Shown piece after piece: positions 57,903-64,000 of a stretch of DNA of 64,000 nucleotides. A program made the position numbers and the translations under genes. The stretch comes from Paecilomyces variotii (Eukaryota), in the NCBI GenBank assembly GCA_004022145.1, contig RCNU01000010.1; one strand, given 5' to 3'. A model generated the notes under the pieces. The model searched no databases, was not told the origin of the DNA, and worked only from the letters and a program-made list of their open reading frames with translations. Each line of letters starts with the position of its first letter. The first letter of the stretch is position 1.

Positions 57903-60900
57903 TGTCGAAAATCCCCTTACTTTTACGTCCCCTTGGGTACGATTGGCAGACACGATAGATTAGATCCTGGTCCCCAACTCCTCTTGAAAGACATCCGCAG
58001 TTTGGAGAGACCAATGATGACAAGATTGAAAAAAATACTACCGTGAGCACCCGTAGAAGATGATGAGAAGAGAGAGAGAGAGTGCAACAGAACCATTAGA
58101 CGAACATAAATTTTCTTCTGTGATAAGTAATCTGATAGCACACTAAGTGTATCAATAATACTCGAGAGTCGGTTTTCAGTCCGCTGACCCAGTTTTTCCT
58201 GAGCGCCAACTCACCATTCCTGCGAGTAGCACCTACCAGTGCGTCTATATTTGATCAAAAAACTGCAGTGACGTGCAAGAAGTAGCTGCAACGTTGGAGC
58301 CCCGCAAGTCCAATTAAACTACGGACGGGGGCAAACCTTTTAATGAAGCCGATTTTCTTCTGTGTTCTAGGAACCCTGCAAGAAGAGGAGCTAGAGCCAT
58401 GGCCTAGCAACTGTCTGACGGCGTTACCGTATATACGGGATGGTATCCGAATATCCGGAACGAACAAGCAGTGGCAGTGCAAATTTAGCATGACTATCTG
58501 GGGAACTTGGGGAGAGCGACCTTTGTGTGGTCACACATATCTGTCTCACGGATGATGATTTAGACATCCAAGAGCAGTTACATTGTGCGTCCCTGACAGG
58601 TTGTTGTGGCGCTTGTCTAACCGCAACAGCTAGTTAGCATTGGCGATTGGGAGAGGACCTGCTCAAAAGGGAATGAAGGAGCGAGCTAGACCTTGAGAAC
58701 GGAAGAGAAGAGATATTGTTGCTCTCGTGTCCTGGAATTCCAAAGGGCATGTCACGACGCAAAGGCCTTCTTGCCCGCAAGAAACAGGTTAGAGAGACAT
58801 CCACGCTCCGAAAAGATGGGCGACCCGCAGTTGGAACTTGGAAGAGCGGCCCGTCCGCTAGTCCCCGTTGTCGAAGGTTAGTTTTAGTACGTTCGTAGCC
58901 CAGGAAGGCTATTAAGAGGTCTGGTCAGGTTCTAGTCGGATTAAACAAAACCGTGGCTGTGGCCATGGTAAACTAGCAGAGGATCCATAACTCCAGTGTA
59001 ACCAGACACTGTCCGGTTCATGCATAGCTCATCAGCTATGACGAAACTCAAAGCCTATGGGAAGTCCCCAGCGTATGTATCTGCATTAACATGTATATGT
59101 GCATGCACATATCTAGAAAGAGTATTCTCTCTGCTTGAACGACGTCTAGCGCTGTGCATCGGTTCCTCATCCTCTCTTTGGCGGGAATTTGCAAAGGAAG
59201 CCCCGGTCTCACATGGCTATGCATTACTGAGTCAGATTGCCATGGAGTATGCAGGGCTAAACGAACCAGCACGATAGCCTCATTGGTGCGAGGAACCTAA
59301 TTAATTGATCATGTTGCATAAGCGGCTGGTACGCACGATTTCTGTCCCTTGGACCCATATGGATGGCTTAGTTTAGTTCCTCGGGGATGACTTCTGCTCT
59401 TCTGTGGAGAATATACTTTCGCAACGTTTGTTGCAGCACTGTAACGAAAAATCTCTTCTGTGGGATCAATCACAGGCTGCTTGCGTTCTCTGCTAACGTA
59501 TTGTCGAATTAGCAGTCGCTACCATGTCATCTCCAATTTGTTAACCCGAGAGCGGCAATCAAACGGTGACTACCGAACGCTTAGTAAAAAATGTGACAAT
59601 CACTATTCTATTTTAATAATAGCAGCCGGTTCGGAAGTTCCGGTCATATACCTCAGTCTGGGGTGGCAGATACCATTCTGATCGACAGTCGTTATGTGGT
59701 ATCATGTAGGGGAGTACATATTAGGGTCGTTGTACGAAGTATCACCACCTATTACCCTTTAGTAGCCGTGTAAGTAGAAACAGAGAGCCACCACTTAGAG
59801 TGAGAGTTCTAGAACCCCAAGATCTGACGCGATCTGTGGCACCGTCAATTAGGAACCGAACTTTCTCGCATCCTGCTAAGTCGTAGGAATAGTCGAGCAA
59901 ATAAGTCGGCGCATTCAGGAATACCTCTTATCATGAAAATATTCTGAGTAGTTGGCCGAACCGTGATTTGACGGAAACTCCTAAAGAACAACTGTGGACT
60001 CTAATTGAAGCGGGGTTCAGCTTCTATCGGCCAACTTATATAGGTGCAATGGGTAACATAGGACTCTTCAGAGAGGAACTGGATGCTCCAGCTGGAAACT
60101 GTCTTGACGTGCATAGGCGGCATGCAACATTGTTTCTGATGACATATCTCTCATCGCTCGGTTTGCTGTTCCTGGTGCAATCTGCCTCCCCGTGTCATAC
60201 CTCTCCGGCGGGTCCAAGGCTCCTTTTATCCACCAAGGAGATGAATTGGCAAGTCGCCAAGAGATTCAGTGTTGTGATGCGTCCCTGTTAACGGATCTAT
60301 TATATCTGCTCCATCTAGTAGCTCGATATAGGTCAAGCCCTTTCTGTTTTGTTGGCTTTGGTGTATAATACTACACGGCTGATCCATTCCTTCGAAGTGT
60401 AGTTTGTGCACATGATAGTTTTCGGGATTGTCGTATTTCTGTCATTCAGGTAGGCTACTGCATGTTGAGCCGAATGTTGTGTTTCGCTGGCAGGAAGAAC
60501 TCTCGAAAATGAGGGATGATGCATCACATTTATGGCCCCGTCAAATTAGCGTTTAATCCATGTAGTTAGGTGAGCAGGTATCTTGCTCCTGTTAGATACG
60601 ATGTCCTACAGGTTGTCCAGTTCATGATCGCGTCGTGTATCTCGCATTTGCCTTCGTCTCTAACGGAAATGAAAACAAACCTGGCCATGATTAAGTGCTC
60701 CGAGTGCAGTTCATGTCTCGTACGAGCTATGGTTCCGCGTTCTCCATGCTGCAGAACCAGTTCGATTATCGCATGATGGGTATCTCATCGTAAACCTATC
60801 GCTGAAGGAACCCACTTGTGTCCATTCATTGGATCACATAACCGTTATGTACCGTGTAATATTTGTTCGACAGGTAATGGTCAAGTCTCCGATAACAATC

Positions 60901-62131
60901 TCAGCTATGGCGACTTAGTATCTTAAATGGTCCCGGAAGGTCCTGCACCTAGCCAAGCACCTGGTAGATAGTTGCGCCACAGCCAAGGAGCCCCTCTTTC
61001 TCAGCTGAAATTAGTTAGTTAAGTCTTGTCACCGAGATGGCTGACAGGAGCAAGTTAGGAGCCCCATGTCCGTGCTGCTGCCTGCACCTTTTAGTTCGGT
61101 CGACCAAGTGGGCGGATATCAGTTAGTCCTGGCGCTCGGACGTAATAACTAGCACGATTTTCTAGACTGCTTCCGACGGTCCGTAGAGTATCTATGTAGA
61201 GTACTTCTCCGTCCAGACTATCAGGCCGTTAACTAGTTACGTGAGAATTCTAAATTGTCATCAGGCGTGATTAATTAGTGTTTTGATACCTGTGGTATGA
61301 CTAGAAACGCGGATCATATCGTTGTATGGATGTGCTTCTGTGCTGTGATGCCACAGAGAGTGAGGTAGTGGTGCAAATGATTGACAGTACTGGTCTTATC
61401 GCGGTGATTAGAGTAATGCGCAATGCTAATAGTAACTGTAAAACGGCCTGCTTACATCTCTAGAACAGATTGTCAAATGGCGGAGGTATGTGATGTCTAA
61501 TTGTAGCTCGGGCCGGGGCGCGTTCCGAAGGTCTATGTCAAGATCGTACTCTTTGGTATACTCCGTATGCTTTTGAAGGGGATCCCCGAACCCCTTGCTT
61601 CGTTACTCGAGTAGCCTAACGGTTCAAGCTGGCCAATTATCTCGGAGCACGTTCGGGTATGAAACCAGTTGATCTCGACTACCACTTTCAGAAACCTGAA
61701 AGACGTTGAACCTTATGTTAATACGGGGACAGCATAGAATCATGTTAGCCACGGGGACAACAGAATTTCAGATATACGCTATACTGCCAAGCGAATATCG
61801 ACGACTTCCACCTTCGTGGTCCCCCTCCTGTAGTCCTTGGTACTTCCTCTGTGATATTTTCTGCAATGAGGGTCTTATTGCGCCTTCCAACCCTCACTTG
61901 ATAGGATAGACTGTAATTCTTGGCTCAGAGTCCCTCAGTCGGGTTAGCTATGTTTAATCTCATCCCTTGAGCATGGGTCCGCTGTAGAGTCCCTGTCTGA
62001 GGCAGGTCACGAGATGATCTAACGATCAATGCGTTGTTGTAGGTCGTGGCAACCGACAAAAGTCCCTAATCGCTCAACGACAGCAAGTTTGCCAGACTTT
62101 CCACGACAGTTGGCAGAGATGGCCCAGTGCT

Positions 62132-64000
62132 TCATGGTTTTAGTCCTCGGCTTCGATCGACGTCGAGGTGATATAACCCCTGTGCCCTTTGAAGTACGAG
62201 AGACGCCTCTATACTCTGCTTGAACCTGTAAGAATGCCTAGATATGACGATCCTCGAGAGGGCACCAACCCTCGAAGGCGAAGGCAGAGATGACGGTAGG
62301 TAACCAGAAGAGATGACCCCATGACCCTTGCCGACGAATATGGCTACAAAGCCGCCGTTCACCCGATCCCACGCGACAATATGTCCAGAACTTATCCACT
62401 CACTCTGCTCTATGTCGGAGGCGGGTCGCATGCATAAGTAGCCAAGTTGCAGCAGGTGAAGGGTGTGCTCGTCTGCCATAGGCTTTCCCTGGCAGTCCAA
62501 CCGCGCACAAACCAGACCTAATGAGGCGGGGTCCCAAGGGATGCGAGTATTGTGTCCAGGAGCACTTAGGCAATGGGAAAACTCGATGGGAGAACGCTGA
62601 GGCATCCAAGCAAATTGGTTGTCCCAAGAGCCCATATGTTGAGTACAAAGCGGTATATCTTCCCCTTCATGTTCATCCAACAACTCGGCGATTCTACCAA
62701 GATCAGAGCTTGAGTTCGAGCAACCTAAAGCACGGATTTCTTCCACAAAGCGTTGCGTCGTATGGAGACCCACATGATCACCATCCACAGTAAGGAAGGG
62801 CTGAGATCCGATAGGGTGCAGAGAATCGTCGATCATTGAATGACAAGATTGAGCATTGTGCCATCCTAGACCAAGTCTCATCTCGATGGTTCGTAGCTGG
62901 GAGTCTAGAAGGGCCATACAATTTTCCTTCCCCGCGAGTTCGAATAACTTGTCTGACAAGTGGTGATCAATAAGTAAATGTATCAGCCGAGATTCCGTTG
63001 AGATTTCTGGTAATGTATTGCTTGCACGTTCCGATATTTCTGTAAGACACAACATGGCTTCCTTCAGCCGTCCCGTATCGATAAATGCAGTCACACATGC
63101 ATATGAAGCAGCGATTAGCCTTTGGTTGCAGCCAGGAATTAGATGCTGCTTCAACGTGTTCCATACACTCTCCAGTGATTGTTCGGCTTGTAGCATTCCG
63201 AGAAGACAGGCATACTTTCCGATGACCCCGGCAGAGTCCTCCTTACCTGAGAGGTCGCATAGAACGTCACTCAATGTGTATTGAATATTGTGAGAACTCT
63301 GACCTTCTCCTGTGAGTAAATAGACCATCTGATTGTTGGCGTAGCCCGGATCCTCAAACCGTATTAAGCGTAGCGTGGAGAGGAGAGAAGTGATTAGCAA
63401 TTCACTATCAGCCGGTTCTAGCCTTTCATTGGTGATGCGTTTATAATCATCTATATGGCCTTTCAGTGCGAGAAACGAAAACGACAAACAAGCGAAGTGC
63501 ATTCCTAAGAAGGATATGTCCTTGGATATTGGTGTTCCGAGTTTATGCAGCCGCGTCACTAAGGCGTTCAAGAATGACAGTATCTCTCTAGATGGGTGAT
63601 GCTGGTGACACCGGTGAAGAGCTTGACTGAGAAGGTTGCAATGTTTAAGCAAGAATTCGCCATCTATATTCGTATTTATCTCGCGCTCGACGTATAGATA
63701 AAGGTCACGCAAACATGTTGCATTTTTCAGTGTTGATTGATCCTGTTGATGAGTGGATGGGATGGCTCTCCTTCCAAAGATACTCCATGGTGACAAAGGG
63801 GGTTTCAAGGCCCAAGGCGCGACAATAAATGACTGTAGCAGCTCATCGAGTTCAGATTCATGTAGAGTGACCTGCGGTTGTTGTGTAGTACCAGATAATG
63901 AGAACCGAAGCAACTGAGATGGAGTTGGCTGTGGGCGACCATTGCTATGCCCGTTCTTCGTCAGGTTATTAGGGAGTTTACTTTGAGATATAGAGCGTCG
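62132..64000 (-). CDS. Unknown protein of more than 620 aa, 5' end beyond the window edge
   Basis: The frame is open from 64000 (RRSISQSKLPNNL...) to TGA at 62132-62134 with no in-frame ATG near the edge. Leu-rich N-terminal half. No family recognised. Confidence 0.75.
   Translation of the reverse strand, partial: RRSISQSKLPNNLTKNGHSNGRPQPTPSQLLRFSLSGTTQQPQVTLHESELDELLQSFIVAPWALKPPLSPWSIFGRRAIPSTHQQDQSTLKNATCLRDLYLYVEREINTNIDGEFLLKHCNLLSQALHRCHQHHPSREILSFLNALVTRLHKLGTPISKDISFLGMHFACLSFSFLALKGHIDDYKRITNERLEPADSELLITSLLSTLRLIRFEDPGYANNQMVYLLTGEGQSSHNIQYTLSDVLCDLSGKEDSAGVIGKYACLLGMLQAEQSLESVWNTLKQHLIPGCNQRLIAASYACVTAFIDTGRLKEAMLCLTEISERASNTLPEISTESRLIHLLIDHHLSDKLFELAGKENCMALLDSQLRTIEMRLGLGWHNAQSCHSMIDDSLHPIGSQPFLTVDGDHVGLHTTQRFVEEIRALGCSNSSSDLGRIAELLDEHEGEDIPLCTQHMGSWDNQFAWMPQRSPIEFSHCLSAPGHNTRIPWDPASLGLVCARLDCQGKPMADEHTLHLLQLGYLCMRPASDIEQSEWISSGHIVAWDRVNGGFVAIFVGKGHGVISSGYLPSSLPSPSRVGALSRIVISRHSYRFKQSIEASLVLQRAQGLYHLDVDRSRGLKP

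Noticed and set aside
1..64000. TGA-CTA readthrough to a cryptic peroxisomal signal; Starship or other transposon; TPP riboswitch; 5S rRNA
   Set aside because: None of the TGA-ending genes I checked has the CTA context. I saw no tyrosine recombinase, transposase, TPP aptamer core or 5S sequence by eye.

Overview
This is intron-containing fungal genomic DNA, most likely a Eurotiales mould. That call rests on short GT-AG introns with CTRAY branch sites and Aspergillus-like proteins. I can support about 21 protein-coding genes, most of them housekeeping: FPGS/MET7 (3' end cut by the window), an atypical SDR, SAC1, a Rab5/Ypt52 GTPase, a formate-nitrite channel, a 79-aa His-rich ORF, a COG0523/CobW zinc-chaperone GTPase, MIC60, an Mtc4-like protein, a proline-rich orphan, NAM9, an Egh16/GAS-like secreted protein, PDA1, a Far1-like RING-PH-vWA protein, OMA1, CCT8, mitochondrial L12, a glyoxalase/VOC protein, a Sel1/TPR-like mitochondrial protein, velC and an unknown protein cut at the right edge. 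I found no rRNA, tRNA, CRISPR array or intact transposon. The most interesting region is the ~10 kb block between Rab5 and MIC60. It holds a CobW gene with five CAAGGT (ZafA-type zinc-response) cores in its promoter, a His-rich micro-ORF, and an FNT channel whose frame stays open for 187 codons past its stop. Other points the ORF track misses are dual-start FPGS, a hidden first exon of the Far1-like gene, a shared GCATCACGTGA motif before both mitoribosomal genes, and an ambiguous stop-containing velC intron. Family calls are from motif recognition only; no searches were run, and I cannot confirm a new biological system here.
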